DNA of 64,000 nucleotides from Planctomycetota bacterium (GCA_965223265.1 OZ244999.1:1440001-1504000); one strand, 5' to 3'. Shown: positions 52,401-62,721, counted from the first letter of the stretch. A program made the numbers and translations. Notes: generated from the letters alone by a model not told the origin.

Positions 52401-54688
52401 GTCACCGACCGCACAGGCAGGCGAGAATCGCGCTCCGAGGGCGGTGCATCGCCCACGCCGACCGCCACGACGTCCTCGAAGCTCCCGCCTTGGAGGACGA
52501 CGTTCTCCACCCCGCAGGAGATGCGAACTGGCGCGTCGGTCTCGCAGTCGACCAGCTGGACGCTGCGCGTACGTAGGTTCGGTTTGACGGCGCGAACACG
52601 CGTGCCCGGCGTCGTTGTGACGATGAAGCCTGCGCCAGTCAAGTTTCGTGCTTTACAGCGCACGAACGTTACGTCGGTGACGTTCAACGGCCAGCGATAC
52701 TCATGATGACGCACGTAGTATCCCGTGCCCGTGCCGCCGAGGTTCTCAACAAGGCAATCTTCCAGCAAGACGCGTGCTGCACCCTCCTCAATCTCCCAAG
52801 CCTTCACACAGCGAGGTGTATCGATGGCTCGACAGCGAATGAAGCGGATGTCCGTACACGAACCGTCGATACCTCGACCCGAGGCACCGAACGCGTCATG
52901 GTCCCAGTTGGTGACAGTGACGTCGACAGCGACGCAGTCGCGACTCCCCGGACCAAACGTGACGCCCGAGTAGGTGTCGACAATCGTCAGATCCTTGAGC
53001 ATCACGTTGTGCGCGTTGCCGCACCACACGCCACGCGGATGACCGCCGCGACGATCCTGTGGTTGACGGCGGTAGTTGCCATCGATCACGAAGCCTTCGA
53101 TTTTGACGTTTTCGACGACCGGCAGGGCGGGTCCCGAGCGCACTCCCTCCACCGCTTCACCGACGCGGATCGTGTCCATACGGCCGGAGTCGTCTTTGAG
53201 CTTGATGGTCGCACCAGGTCCATAGAGGTGCATCCGATCCGAACGCACGTTGAGTGTGTCGGAGATCAGATAGAACTTGTCTGTCGGTGGAAAAACGATC
53301 CTGCCAGCACCGGCCTCGGATGCCTTGGCGAGCGCCGAGCGGAGGGCGGGTAAGTCATCCGTGATCCCATCGCCGACGGCACCGAAGTCCCTGACGTTGT
53401 AGTCGGCGGGCTGCGGTGGCATAGGTGGGGAGATCGGTGCGAATGCGCCCATGTAGGTCGAGTCTTTGCCGCCGCGAGCTGCCGGCGAATCGTGAGGTAT
53501 GCGCAGGAAGTACGGACCGTGCGGATTGCGCGAGATGAACAGCGGATCGACCTGGAGGTCACGCGCACCTGGCTCTCCACGGCTGCCTCCGTTCCATCCT
53601 TCGCCGTACGCCTCAGCGGCGTGCCAGATGTTGTTGTGATCGCCGTTACCGTTGCCACGCACGGCTGGTGTTCTGTTTGACGGCGACTCTGCGACGATGC
53701 AATTGGTGGCTATGAGCGTCCCGGGCGCTTCGGCGTAGAGCGCGCCGTAAGTGTGGATGGCGTAAATCGTCGAGCGATCGACTCGGACGTGAGCTGGGCT
53801 CTTGCCGCCCGCAGAGAAGATTCCATGAAACGACTCGTAGACGACACAGTTGACGATCTGGATGTCGTTCGACTGTCGCGCCGCAATGCCATTGGCCTGG
53901 CGACTGCGAATCCGACAATTCTTAACAACGACGTTGTTGGCGCCAAAGAGCTTGATCCCATCATTGTCGCCGTTGATATCGCGGCCGGAGATGTCGATTT
54001 CGCAGCCATCGATGACAACATCAGCGACTCCGTGAAGCTCGACGCCTCCGGCGCCGTGGTTGCCGTCAGCGTGGTTCTCGACGGCGAGGTCCTTGATGAT
54101 GACGTGGGCGGTTCGCTCTTTTCGCCAGCCACCCAGACGTTTCACAGGAGCTAAGTTGAACGCGGTCGAGAGTAAGAGGGCGCGTTCGCCGACGGCGGAG
54201 CGATAGGTGATCGGTTTGCCTTCTTTTCCCGAGCGGCAAAACCAAAGCGGGCGATCTACATAGGTTCCGCCGGCCAGATACACCACGTCACCAGGGTCGA
54301 ACGAGTCGCCGCCGAGAATGGTCGCATCATAGACGAGTTCCTCTGGCTTGAGCGTCTGCTGGAACGGTTCCATCAGCACGAATGCATCGGCTGTCTTGGA
54401 CGAATACGCGCGAGTCTCTCCTGCTACCGTAATCTCTCCCGATGGCAGAAAGCCGTATGTGGAGAGGACGTAGAGGTGCGTATCACCGTCGCCATACTCG
54501 ACTCGAACGCGGCTTGGTTGGCCCCGCGAAGGAGAGGCCCACGCCGCTTCGCGCGACGTGCCGGCGGCGTGATCGTCGCCGTCGGGGGCGACCCAATAGT
54601 CGGCGCTCACCGCCGTGTCTGCCGCGGCGAGAAGGAGGACGAGAAGGAATGGTCGTCGACAGATGAGCTGTTCTTTCGAAGGCTTCAC
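49463..54688 (-). CDS. Multimodular secreted enzyme: two right-handed beta-helix domains + DUF4838-like domain + alpha/beta hydrolase
   Basis: YWVAPDGDD..; YNVRDFGAVGDGITDD; GHSW..HPEYFA..HLCTSNPEV..WCECERC-like (WKRCECERC); GHSIGG..WGD..SHSLLIE. Confidence 0.8.
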   Translation of the reverse strand: MKPSKEQLICRRPFLLVLLLAAADTAVSADYWVAPDGDDHAAGTSREAAWASPSRGQPSRVRVEYGDGDTHLYVLSTYGFLPSGEITVAGETRAYSSKTADAFVLMEPFQQTLKPEELVYDATILGGDSFDPGDVVYLAGGTYVDRPLWFCRSGKEGKPITYRSAVGERALLLSTAFNLAPVKRLGGWRKERTAHVIIKDLAVENHADGNHGAGGVELHGVADVVIDGCEIDISGRDINGDNDGIKLFGANNVVVKNCRIRSRQANGIAARQSNDIQIVNCVVYESFHGIFSAGGKSPAHVRVDRSTIYAIHTYGALYAEAPGTLIATNCIVAESPSNRTPAVRGNGNGDHNNIWHAAEAYGEGWNGGSRGEPGARDLQVDPLFISRNPHGPYFLRIPHDSPAARGGKDSTYMGAFAPISPPMPPQPADYNVRDFGAVGDGITDDLPALRSALAKASEAGAGRIVFPPTDKFYLISDTLNVRSDRMHLYGPGATIKLKDDSGRMDTIRVGEAVEGVRSGPALPVVENVKIEGFVIDGNYRRQPQDRRGGHPRGVWCGNAHNVMLKDLTIVDTYSGVTFGPGSRDCVAVDVTVTNWDHDAFGASGRGIDGSCTDIRFIRCRAIDTPRCVKAWEIEEGAARVLLEDCLVENLGGTGTGYYVRHHEYRWPLNVTDVTFVRCKARNLTGAGFIVTTTPGTRVRAVKPNLRTRSVQLVDCETDAPVRISCGVENVVLQGGSFEDVVAVGVGDAPPSERDSRLPVRSVTIRNARVGQMKINAKTGNANAKLGDDDYPDYEPRIRLENVRWSKPPEITGNRDNVTIVDEPRSESPGESDQLLLVVDGRPASTIVVADDADWWQRMAAGWLQTYVERATGARLPLANESEAVGGTLISVGHTRLAASAGISTNDLKWDGCRLAVRGNVLYLLGRDSTGAGRGDPSPQKLRDFHELDPWSPDRIHGIKGSDLAGANGTCKAVVTFLESVCDVRWFMPFDQGIVVPKRDTLSVPRSFEKVVVPPFAYAIGSFLYGSPRLYPSAYANNLRYGIRLKTFGGHSWYHWVSKGLFQEHPEYFAMRDGKRTAEGNHLCTSNPEVQKLLLAGIRREFDNGYDWVQLGQSDGWKRCECERCEAMDNFKPWDQAVDGPDWHKWLHTTNRDNPVDRLHVVHNWVAEQCAISHPGRIVHYLAYIPTRWPSKSIDVYSPNVVAELCHDIPEMLEAWSNKVSAMTVYKIWWDMSWVYGHAPDVTPKEVADEVRKFHRLGVIGFFNGGDGNNWGLNGPVFYTLGRMLGDPTLDENELVREYCRGVYGGAGEAMIEFFRHLYGPVNGGERPLRRNRLQPDAPHAQVLHRRFPPTMTLKLDELIRKAESVGVIGAAADNLRMTRLQFDYLRLVSNMWSTYEAHQLIGSRESLLELKARVDAFEDYRQRVLFMDADDAALRFPDWGQLCKWLAGGSYWHAWKDAKNKIDLTNLRGRRVGYYAKIREPLNIDFSSLELLHGTVATPGGGRLGYHVRGGRGPTLVLIPGSWGDYKVFMDVLRRLDRSFHVVIVELRGHGDSQPPTIDGSMESFAADVLRVTDALDLDEFYVGGHSIGGMVSIELLKQRPQAILGAISIEGWTHHRVAKEAFGGTITSTLTPEQEKKRQANRARVLRGLTEQQIKAFASVWRRWDGSAILEHTKRPVLELWGDRGKNPPSREAMRIPVRDNIELVWLKGASHSLLIERPTEVARRINAFVARVEKKKSSR

Positions 54689-56649
54689 GGCTTCACTAAG
54701 ATTTTTCCCATCTTGCCAACGGCGCCGAAGACGACAGAGCCGTCGTACTGCCAGGACCAGACGTAACGATTGCCATCGGTAGCGCGATTGCGCACGAAGT
54801 TGGCGCGCACCTCTTCACCCTGCGGTGGTACACCGCCCAAGTCATCCCACGGAATCGCAAGCTCGACAAGGTAGCGATTCGCCTCGCGGCTTGTCGCTGC
54901 GGACACCTGGCTGTTCCAACGCTCTCCGTCAGTCTTGTCACCGTCGTAGATCACGCAAGCGGCATTGATCATCCACTGGCGAAAGTAGTTTGTGGCATCA
55001 CCGCTGCGGTGAACGAAAACCTCGATACCGTCATCGAGCCACAGATCGGCGTCACGGCCGCTAGCGGCTGTGCGCAGTCGGTCCATGCGCGGTTCGCGAC
55101 AATCGAAGGAAACGTAGAGCGCCCGATCGTCGTAGCAAAAGCGAACCCACGTGTGCCCGCCCTGACGCCGCGCCGGTTTTTGAAAGTGATGCACGATCTC
55201 GCTTCCAGGCAGCGACTGCCAACAATCGTCATCGAGTTTCCCATCCACGGCCGGGGGCGACGCGCAACGGCTCAGCGAGCTCGTGGACAGCTCGATCGGC
55301 CTTCGAGACTCCTCGAGCGCACGGAAATACTGTTTCGTCGTGAGCATGTGGATGGCGCCCGCAACCTGGGTGTCGGTCATAGCCAGTCGCGCGTCGGAAT
55401 CAACAACGTACAGGTCGCCGCCGACCTTTACGCTCGCGAGCTTTAGATCCGGCACATATTCATCCCGGCCGTCGAAGCCACGCGCAGCGTTGATCCGCAG
55501 GTCGCCGATCACCGACACGTTTTCGACAGACACCTTCTTTGTCGGCAGATGATTGAAGACGGCCTTCATCATGTCGTCGTGACGAAAGTGGTGCGGGTCG
55601 TCATAGTCTTTGTAGTACCCGATCGCGACGTGCTCGAAACGGCCACCGTCAATAACGACATTGTCTGGATTCATCTGCATCGCGAGGGTGCCATCTTCAG
55701 CCCGACAATCGACGAGGCGTATGTCGTTCACACGTTGATCCGCCGTCGCTGCTTGAATATTGAACGCTGCGTCCCCAGCGTCTTCGACTGTGCAGCGAAT
55801 CAGTTCGATATTGGCGGTGGCGAACTCGCCTCGACGTGAATGCGGGCGAATGTAGAAGCCGTTGGCGCTCGTATTCCGCGCGGTGCAATCGATCAATTTG
55901 ACGTGCTGCGCTCCCTCTTCGATCTCCCACGACTTGACGCGTGTGCCTGGAGGTCCGCCTTGGGCTCCGTTCAGAGCGTCCGCGGCGACACAGCGCCGAA
56001 ACACGACGTGGCTCGCTCCGCCACTGACGAAGCGCGGTGTGACACCGAATGCGTCGTGGTGGAACTGCGTCACGGTGACGTCGTTGATCTCGCAGTGATG
56101 CACGCCGAGGCCGATGGTGACGCCGACGAAAGGACGGCGGATCGCGACGCGTTCAATCTTGACGTCCCTCGCGTGCTCCACTTGAATAGCGCGCGTAATA
56201 CCTGCGACCTTGGCGCTCGCCTGCCAAGCGGCGCTGTTACCGGTTTGCCCCCAAAAATTGGCATCGATCACCAACCCCTCGAGGCGGACGTTTTTCACCG
56301 GCCGCTTCGGCGTGCCGCGGATCCAGACCACGTGCAGCAAATCTTCAGTCGCCGTGCGTCCGGTGGCTGAGCCGTCCTTCAAGTAGAGCGTGGCGCCGGC
56401 GCCAGCGATGACGAGATTGCTATGGCGCACATGGATCGAATCGGTGATCAGATAGTGCCCCTTTGTCGCAGGAATAACGATCGTGCCGCCACCTGCGGCA
56501 GCGGCATCACGAATCGCGGCAGCGATCGCCGGCGAGCAGTCGGTCGTGCCGTCGGGCTTCGCGCCGTACTTGGTGACGTCGAATTCACCTGCAAGACTTG
56601 TGAGGGGGCCGGAGACAATCGCTAGCAGGGAAATCCAAAAGGTCTTCAT
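54685..56649 (-). CDS. Secreted beta-helix (pectate lyase 3-like) protein with C-terminal CBM9-like domain
   Basis: FDVTKYGAKPDGTTD; VDGKLDDDCW..YDDRALY..DDGIEVF..VELAIPW..RANFVR. 4-nt overlap with the downstream gene. Confidence 0.82.
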   Translation of the reverse strand: MKTFWISLLAIVSGPLTSLAGEFDVTKYGAKPDGTTDCSPAIAAAIRDAAAAGGGTIVIPATKGHYLITDSIHVRHSNLVIAGAGATLYLKDGSATGRTATEDLLHVVWIRGTPKRPVKNVRLEGLVIDANFWGQTGNSAAWQASAKVAGITRAIQVEHARDVKIERVAIRRPFVGVTIGLGVHHCEINDVTVTQFHHDAFGVTPRFVSGGASHVVFRRCVAADALNGAQGGPPGTRVKSWEIEEGAQHVKLIDCTARNTSANGFYIRPHSRRGEFATANIELIRCTVEDAGDAAFNIQAATADQRVNDIRLVDCRAEDGTLAMQMNPDNVVIDGGRFEHVAIGYYKDYDDPHHFRHDDMMKAVFNHLPTKKVSVENVSVIGDLRINAARGFDGRDEYVPDLKLASVKVGGDLYVVDSDARLAMTDTQVAGAIHMLTTKQYFRALEESRRPIELSTSSLSRCASPPAVDGKLDDDCWQSLPGSEIVHHFQKPARRQGGHTWVRFCYDDRALYVSFDCREPRMDRLRTAASGRDADLWLDDGIEVFVHRSGDATNYFRQWMINAACVIYDGDKTDGERWNSQVSAATSREANRYLVELAIPWDDLGGVPPQGEEVRANFVRNRATDGNRYVWSWQYDGSVVFGAVGKMGKILVKP

Positions 56650-57084
56650 CGAAGTGCCATCAAGGTGTGCGTTATCGTCTCATCGAGTGTTGCCTACAGT
56701 TTGCATTGTATCCAAACAGACATGGGAGTAGTAGGAACGCTTCGCCCTGTTGCTGTGGGAGATAGAGCGCCCACTCAGGGATCTACATTCTCTGTAGGTC
56801 GTTGGCCTCGTCGTGGTGAATCGATTCCCGAACTGATGCATGCCGATGAAGCGTGAGCAAACCGGTGAGTCGAAGTTCTTATCGGTGCAAATTGCCGCAA
56901 GAAGTCACTATGCGCTTGTTCACGCAGCTATGGTCATGAATGATCTTGTTGCGTTGAATGAGATGCAGAGTTGTCATAGACTCGAGCGATAGCGAGATAT
57001 AGCTGTCTCGGTTGACTAACCTGAATACGACGTCGATAACTGGCGAAATCCGCGACGCTGGTTCACTCAGTTGAGGAAACGAAC

Positions 57085-57585
57085 ATGCAATCAATCGAAC
57101 TGATCCGCGACAACTTGAAGAAGAGTACTGATCGCGTGCTCCGGAGGATCGAAGAAATGCGGGAGCGCTCCATCGTCGCTCCGACGCCGAATGGTGGTTG
57201 CCATACGCTCTGGTTGGTTGGACACCTTGCCTACAGCGAGCAGCAGATCGTTCGTCACATCATGCTTGGCGACGCGAACCCGCTGAGCGACTGGAAGGAG
57301 CTCTTCGGGCATGGCAGCGAGCCGTCGAACGATGCTGGGAAGTATCCGCCGTTCGACGACGTTGTCGCTAAGTGCCGCGAAGTCAGAGAAGAGACATCCG
57401 CGCTACTCGATTCGCTCTCCGAGAGCGATCTCGACCGCCCGAGTGCAAACGTTCCGGAGGGCTACGAGAACATCTTTGGAACGTATCGACTTTGTCTTCA
57501 ATTTGCCGCGGATCACTGGTACATGCATCGCGGTCAAATGGCGGACGCGCGGCGCGCCGCCGGGCTCGACCGCACTGGGGCGTGA
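57085..57585 (+). CDS. DinB family protein
   Basis: GAGG RBS; WLVGHL and HWYMHRGQ metal-binding His motifs. Confidence 0.85.
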   Translation: MQSIELIRDNLKKSTDRVLRRIEEMRERSIVAPTPNGGCHTLWLVGHLAYSEQQIVRHIMLGDANPLSDWKELFGHGSEPSNDAGKYPPFDDVVAKCREVREETSALLDSLSESDLDRPSANVPEGYENIFGTYRLCLQFAADHWYMHRGQMADARRAAGLDRTGA

Positions 57586-58946
57586 TGCTGACGTATCTGA
57601 CCGAACGATCGCATGGCGCGACGGCGATGCGCTTGTGGTTGCAGGTGATCGGATACCTCGTGTTGTTGGCGTTTACTGCCTCCATCGTCAGGGCCGAACA
57701 CTGGCCGCAATGGCGTGGCCTGCGCGGCGATGGCAGCAGCCGAGAGGAGGGGATCCCGACACGCTGGAGTTCCACAGAGAACATCCACTGGAAGGTTAAG
57801 CTTCCGGGTCAGGGGCACGCCTCGCCCATCGTGTGGGGAGACCGCCTCTTCGTGGTGGCCGGCCTGCCGACCACCAACGAGCGTGTTCTCCTTTGCCTAG
57901 ATCGTTTGAGCGGCGATACGTTGTGGCAATCTACTGTATTGACCGCGCCGCTCGAGAAGATGCATGAACTGAACAGCTACGCCTCGGGTACGCCCGCGAC
58001 CGATGGCATGTTCGTCGTCGTCGCGTTTTTGGAGCCAGACGGCAGCGAAGTCGATGCGGCTGTCGTCCGTGCGCGGGCCGGCACACTACGTGCAAACAAC
58101 AAGGGCAAACCGGTCAGTCCCGGCAACATGGTGGTTGCTGCGTTTGACTTCGAAGGTCGACGCCGCTGGCTCGTCAGGCCGGGCCCCTACATCAGTGTCT
58201 GGGGCTTCTGCGCCAGCCCGGTTTTCTTTGGCGACAATGTGATCTTAAGCGGCGATCACGACGGCGACGCGTACCTTGTTGCACTCGATCGCCGCTCCGG
58301 CGAGACCGTCTGGAAGGTGCCGCGCCAGCACAGGATCCGCAGCCACTCAACGCCGATCATCCGCGAGATCGACGGGCGGACACAGTTGCTCATGTCAGGC
58401 GCGCACGAAATCGTTAGCTACAACCCAAGCGACGGCAGCGAGCACTGGCGGATCAACGGACCGCAAGGCCGCGCAGTCGCCTCCCTCGTCTACGATGGCA
58501 CGCATCTTCTTGTGCCGTGTGGCTACCCGAGCCGTCGCGTCTGGGCCGTCCGGCCCGACGGTCGTGGCGATGTTACTGACACCCACGTCGCGTGGCGCAT
58601 CAAACAGGCGTGTCCGTACGTGCCCTCGCCGGTCGTCGTGAACGGTTACTTTGTGATGGTCTCTGACAACGGTGTGGCGAGTTGCTACCGCGCGGCCGAC
58701 GGCGAGAAACTATGGATGGAACGCATTGGGCGACGGTACAGCGCGTCGCTGGTGTCAGTGGGTGAACTCATCTATTTTCTGTCCGACGATGGCGACACCA
58801 AGATCGTGCGTGCAGGAGAGACGTTTGACGTCGTCGCGGAGAACCCGTTGGCCGAACCGTGCTATGCCTCACCCGCGATCAGCCAGGGACAGATCTTCGT
58901 GCGCGGTGAGCGACGCCTCTTTTGCATCGGCCGTCCGCAACAATGA
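57585..58946 (+). CDS. PQQ-like beta-propeller protein
   Basis: HWPQWRG..WSSTENIHWK..GHASPIV..ASPAISQGQIFVRG; TGATG coupling to the DinB gene (alternative start 57627). Confidence 0.88.
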   Translation: MLTYLTERSHGATAMRLWLQVIGYLVLLAFTASIVRAEHWPQWRGLRGDGSSREEGIPTRWSSTENIHWKVKLPGQGHASPIVWGDRLFVVAGLPTTNERVLLCLDRLSGDTLWQSTVLTAPLEKMHELNSYASGTPATDGMFVVVAFLEPDGSEVDAAVVRARAGTLRANNKGKPVSPGNMVVAAFDFEGRRRWLVRPGPYISVWGFCASPVFFGDNVILSGDHDGDAYLVALDRRSGETVWKVPRQHRIRSHSTPIIREIDGRTQLLMSGAHEIVSYNPSDGSEHWRINGPQGRAVASLVYDGTHLLVPCGYPSRRVWAVRPDGRGDVTDTHVAWRIKQACPYVPSPVVVNGYFVMVSDNGVASCYRAADGEKLWMERIGRRYSASLVSVGELIYFLSDDGDTKIVRAGETFDVVAENPLAEPCYASPAISQGQIFVRGERRLFCIGRPQQ

Positions 58947-59328
58947 CCGAATTCATCGCCTGGGCGCGCTGCGGCCAGCGATCGCCGCGATCGACGGAGC
59001 GCCGAGTAGGATCGCTAGGAGGACCGACGTGAGAAGACGTCTCATGGGTTCGAGAATGCAGAGATGGGATTTGGGTTAGCCCTAGTTTTCGCTTGTCCGC
59101 GGTGGGCCTTGCTGGCGGCCGATCGTAGAAGATCACGCGTCTTCGCTCCGGATGAATTCGCTGCACCCGAGGAGCGCGCCGTAGTACGATCACCAAGACG
59201 ACCGAGAGAGTCACCTTAGCGAATCGGATGCTTGCTGCGAGGAGAGAGAACATCGAATGACGCACGAGATAACGCTTGCCCCGAAAACTACAACACGCAG
59301 ACCACGCGGACGACTGAAAGGCGAGGCG

Positions 59329-62300
59329 ATGAGCTTCGTTTTCTGCATCGCTACCCTGCTGGCTGGCACGACTTCTGGAAAGGTGAGCGGTTCCTTGCAG
59401 GACCCGGCGAAGAAGTGGTCGGTGGAACTGGGTGCACCGTACGCCTCGACGCCTCTGGTCTATCCCGCCGCGACGCCGGACAGTCTTGTCTTCGCGACCG
59501 GGGGCTACGTTGCGCGACTTGATGGCAGCGGCAAGATCATCTTCCGAGTCGCACTCGGGCCGGAGCTAGGACGCGGCGCGATGTTTCCAGCCTCCATTGG
59601 CGACGTGGACGGAGACTCCGTTGAGGAGATCATCGCCGGACGAAATGATGGTGTTGTCTTCGCGCTCGAGCCAACCGATGGACGAGTCCTCTGGGAGTGT
59701 CAGCTTCCCGAGCGGCTGACGAACTACGAATGGGCCGCCGCTGCTGACCTCGATGGAGACGGACGCGCCGAGGTGGTCGTGACGACAATGTACGGCTGGG
59801 TCTTCGCCGTGGACGACAGTGGCAAGCTCCTCTGGGGCGCCAAAATCGAAGCCTACCGCCCGTCCGCACCGGAGATCGCGGACATCGACTCGGACGGCGA
59901 GCCCGAAATCGTTTACGGCACGGCGACTCGCTATCTCATTGCCCTCGACTCGCGCGGGCGACTCGAATGGGCGAGCTTTCAGCCACCGCACCACCTAGGG
60001 CGCACGACGCCTCTCGTTGCCGATGCGGATGGTGATGGTCATGCGGAGGTCTATGGCATGTCTTCGATGCTGTCGCCGGAGAAGGGCCTCGTCTGCGTCA
60101 ACGGTGTCGATGGCTCTCTTAAATGGCACGGCCTCACGATCGGTAAGGCGTACGGCGGACGCGCGTTGACCCGATTCGGCGACGGCGCGGCTGGGATCCT
60201 CTCATGCGACAAGGGCGGCAACATCCACGCACAAAACCCCGATGGTTCGCTTCGCTGGCACAATCGATTGAGCGGCTCGGGCGTCTACAACCCTCCGGTT
60301 ACTGCTGACGTTGACGGCGACGGCGCATTCGAAATCGTCGCCACCGTGCGCGACACGTCGACCGATGGCAAAGGAAACAACTGGTACGTGCTCAACGCAA
60401 GTACCGGCGCTCTACGTGGTGCATGGCAGCATCCTAGCCGCGGCATCATGGGTGCTGCGGCGCTTGACATCGATCGTGACAAAGAGCTCGAGGTCGTGAT
60501 CTGCTCCAAGGAAGGGATCGTGACGGCTTACAGCTTCGGTGGTGCCGCGACGCCGCAGGCGACTGTTTTCCGCCACGCAAGAGAGCGTACCTTTCCGCTG
60601 CGCGTCGCCGGTAGTGGGGTGAAGGCTAAGGCGTCAGCGGACGTTCCAACGGTTCGACTCGCAGGTCAGGTTGCTGCGCCCCGCTTCGGGAAGAACTCCC
60701 TGCCGGTGACGCTGCCAGCGGGCGCCACCGACGAGTCAGCAGTCGAGCTCGAGGTCACAGCGCCGGGCGGCTACCGATCGCTGCAGGTGTTTCGTGCGCA
60801 GGGGCATAAGACTGAACTCGAGTGGCTCGCCCTGGCGTCAGGAGACTACGCGCTTTCGCTTCGCTGGCTCGATTTGTCGACAGGACGCAGCCTTGGCGCG
60901 GAGCATCTTCGCGCCTCGCTTCAGAGTGAAGGTACGCTGCGCCGAATCGCCGAGACGACCGTGAATCGACTGCGCGATCTGTCGGCCCGGTTGGACGACG
61001 CCGAGTTGACGCTTCTCCTCAAAGCTGCCGAGCTGGAGGCTCGATTCTCCGCCTTGTTCAGCAGCATCGACAGCGTCCGAGATGAGCCACTCGCCCGGAA
61101 GATCGAGGTTGCCGAGTCAGCTCAGAGCTGCGTCGTCGACGCGCGCCGGGGCGCTCAGGTCGCCGCGTTTTTCGAACGCGAGCACGCGGCCGGACGCTCG
61201 CCGAAGGTCGTCTGTTGGCAAGACTCCAACCCGTGGGATAACGTCAGTCCGCACGACGAGCTGCCAGAACAGGGCGAGCCACTGCGCATCGATACTTGGG
61301 CGTTGGGAAACGAAAAAGAGTCGGTCTGCGTCAACCTCTTGAATGTCTCAGCCACGCCTGTCACGCTGCGCGTCGATCCAGGGACGATTGCCGGCGAGGG
61401 GACACTTCCGAGCGTCTCGGAAGTCGCGACACTTCATCGCGTGCTGTGGCTACCGACCGTCGACGGAGAGCAGGTCGCAGATCTCCTACCGCGCTTGGGC
61501 GATGGGTACCTGTTGGATCTAGCCCCTGGTGAGGCGCGGCAGCTGTGGATTAACCTCTCGACCCGCAGTTTGGCGCCCGGAGCATATGAGCTGAATTGGC
61601 CTGTTCGAACGCTGGATCTCGATGCCGCAACCATCCAGATCCTCGTGCGGCTCGAAGTGTCGCCAGTCAGCTTGCCTGAGAAGAGCCGATTCTACTCCGG
61701 CTATTGGTCACAGAATCGCTTCGGCGATTTCAGCAGTGTCCCCGATCTGAACGATCACCTGCAAACCTTCTGGGACCGGGTTCCGGCACTACCTATCGCC
61801 AAGGTCGACGCCCGCGGACACTTAATCGGCGAGCTGGACTGGAGCGCGTGGGACGCGTTCCTCAGCGAAGTGCAGCAGCATGGCGTCATCCGACTACATC
61901 ACGTCCCCGTGCCCGCGTTTCCCGACGGCCTCCGCATCTCTGAGGAGCTCAAACTCGAGGCACAGCGCAACTACGTGCAGGCGTGGATGGCGCACATGGC
62001 GAAGTTCGGCCTTGGCTATCGCGACTTCGCATTTTACGTCGAGGACGAAACAGGTCTCCGCGGCACGCATGAGAACTTTATGCGTGGCGCGAAGCACATC
62101 AAGGAGATCGACCCGAAGCTGCAGGTGTACGCCAATCCGTGGGGGGCGATCACCAAGGCAATGTTACGCGACATGGCACCGGTGACCGACGTCTGGCAAC
62201 CGGGTATGGAGGTCATTGAATACCACGGCCCGGAAGTCGTCGACATCATGCGCTCCGGTGGCGACGACCTCATCAGCATGTACACCCCACCGGGCAACTG

Positions 62301-62721
62301 TCGAACGCTGCTGCCACTCGGTTTTTTCCGCTCGCAACCGTGGCTTGCGCTCCACTGGGGAATCGAAGGCGGCGGTTGGTGGGTTTATCGCCAGGACGAT
62401 CTCTTCAGCACGGGGCCTCGCGGCGATCCGAGCTACGGCGGTGTCAATTGGGACGGACGCAAGATCGTCTGGAGTCGCCGCTGGCAGGCCATGCGCGACG
62501 GCATCGAAGACTTCAACGCAGTCGTCATGCTCCGTGAGTTGGCGGAAGCCAAGAGCGATGCAGCGGCTCGAACGATCGTTGACGAGGCGATCGCTTACGT
62601 CGCGTCCGAGTGCATTACGGGCATGCCGCGAGAAGCCGCTGACTATGATATGGACTTTGCCACTTTGATGATGCACCGCCAGAGGATTCGTGCCGCGCTC
62701 GAGCGCTTGAGCGACCGTTGA
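59329..62721 (+). CDS. Secreted FG-GAP/PQQ propeller + GH123/DUF4091-like putative glycoside hydrolase
   Basis: DxDGDGxxE repeats; NEKESV, GEARQLW, YVEDE, C-terminal RWQAMRDGIEDF. Confidence 0.7.
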   Translation: MSFVFCIATLLAGTTSGKVSGSLQDPAKKWSVELGAPYASTPLVYPAATPDSLVFATGGYVARLDGSGKIIFRVALGPELGRGAMFPASIGDVDGDSVEEIIAGRNDGVVFALEPTDGRVLWECQLPERLTNYEWAAAADLDGDGRAEVVVTTMYGWVFAVDDSGKLLWGAKIEAYRPSAPEIADIDSDGEPEIVYGTATRYLIALDSRGRLEWASFQPPHHLGRTTPLVADADGDGHAEVYGMSSMLSPEKGLVCVNGVDGSLKWHGLTIGKAYGGRALTRFGDGAAGILSCDKGGNIHAQNPDGSLRWHNRLSGSGVYNPPVTADVDGDGAFEIVATVRDTSTDGKGNNWYVLNASTGALRGAWQHPSRGIMGAAALDIDRDKELEVVICSKEGIVTAYSFGGAATPQATVFRHARERTFPLRVAGSGVKAKASADVPTVRLAGQVAAPRFGKNSLPVTLPAGATDESAVELEVTAPGGYRSLQVFRAQGHKTELEWLALASGDYALSLRWLDLSTGRSLGAEHLRASLQSEGTLRRIAETTVNRLRDLSARLDDAELTLLLKAAELEARFSALFSSIDSVRDEPLARKIEVAESAQSCVVDARRGAQVAAFFEREHAAGRSPKVVCWQDSNPWDNVSPHDELPEQGEPLRIDTWALGNEKESVCVNLLNVSATPVTLRVDPGTIAGEGTLPSVSEVATLHRVLWLPTVDGEQVADLLPRLGDGYLLDLAPGEARQLWINLSTRSLAPGAYELNWPVRTLDLDAATIQILVRLEVSPVSLPEKSRFYSGYWSQNRFGDFSSVPDLNDHLQTFWDRVPALPIAKVDARGHLIGELDWSAWDAFLSEVQQHGVIRLHHVPVPAFPDGLRISEELKLEAQRNYVQAWMAHMAKFGLGYRDFAFYVEDETGLRGTHENFMRGAKHIKEIDPKLQVYANPWGAITKAMLRDMAPVTDVWQPGMEVIEYHGPEVVDIMRSGGDDLISMYTPPGNCRTLLPLGFFRSQPWLALHWGIEGGGWWVYRQDDLFSTGPRGDPSYGGVNWDGRKIVWSRRWQAMRDGIEDFNAVVMLRELAEAKSDAAARTIVDEAIAYVASECITGMPREAADYDMDFATLMMHRQRIRAALERLSDR

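Noticed and set aside
56650-57084. Lower-GC intergenic region with TTGACT-N17-GATAAC
   Set aside because: Ordinary divergent promoter region; the -10 match is weak and no ncRNA was recognised.
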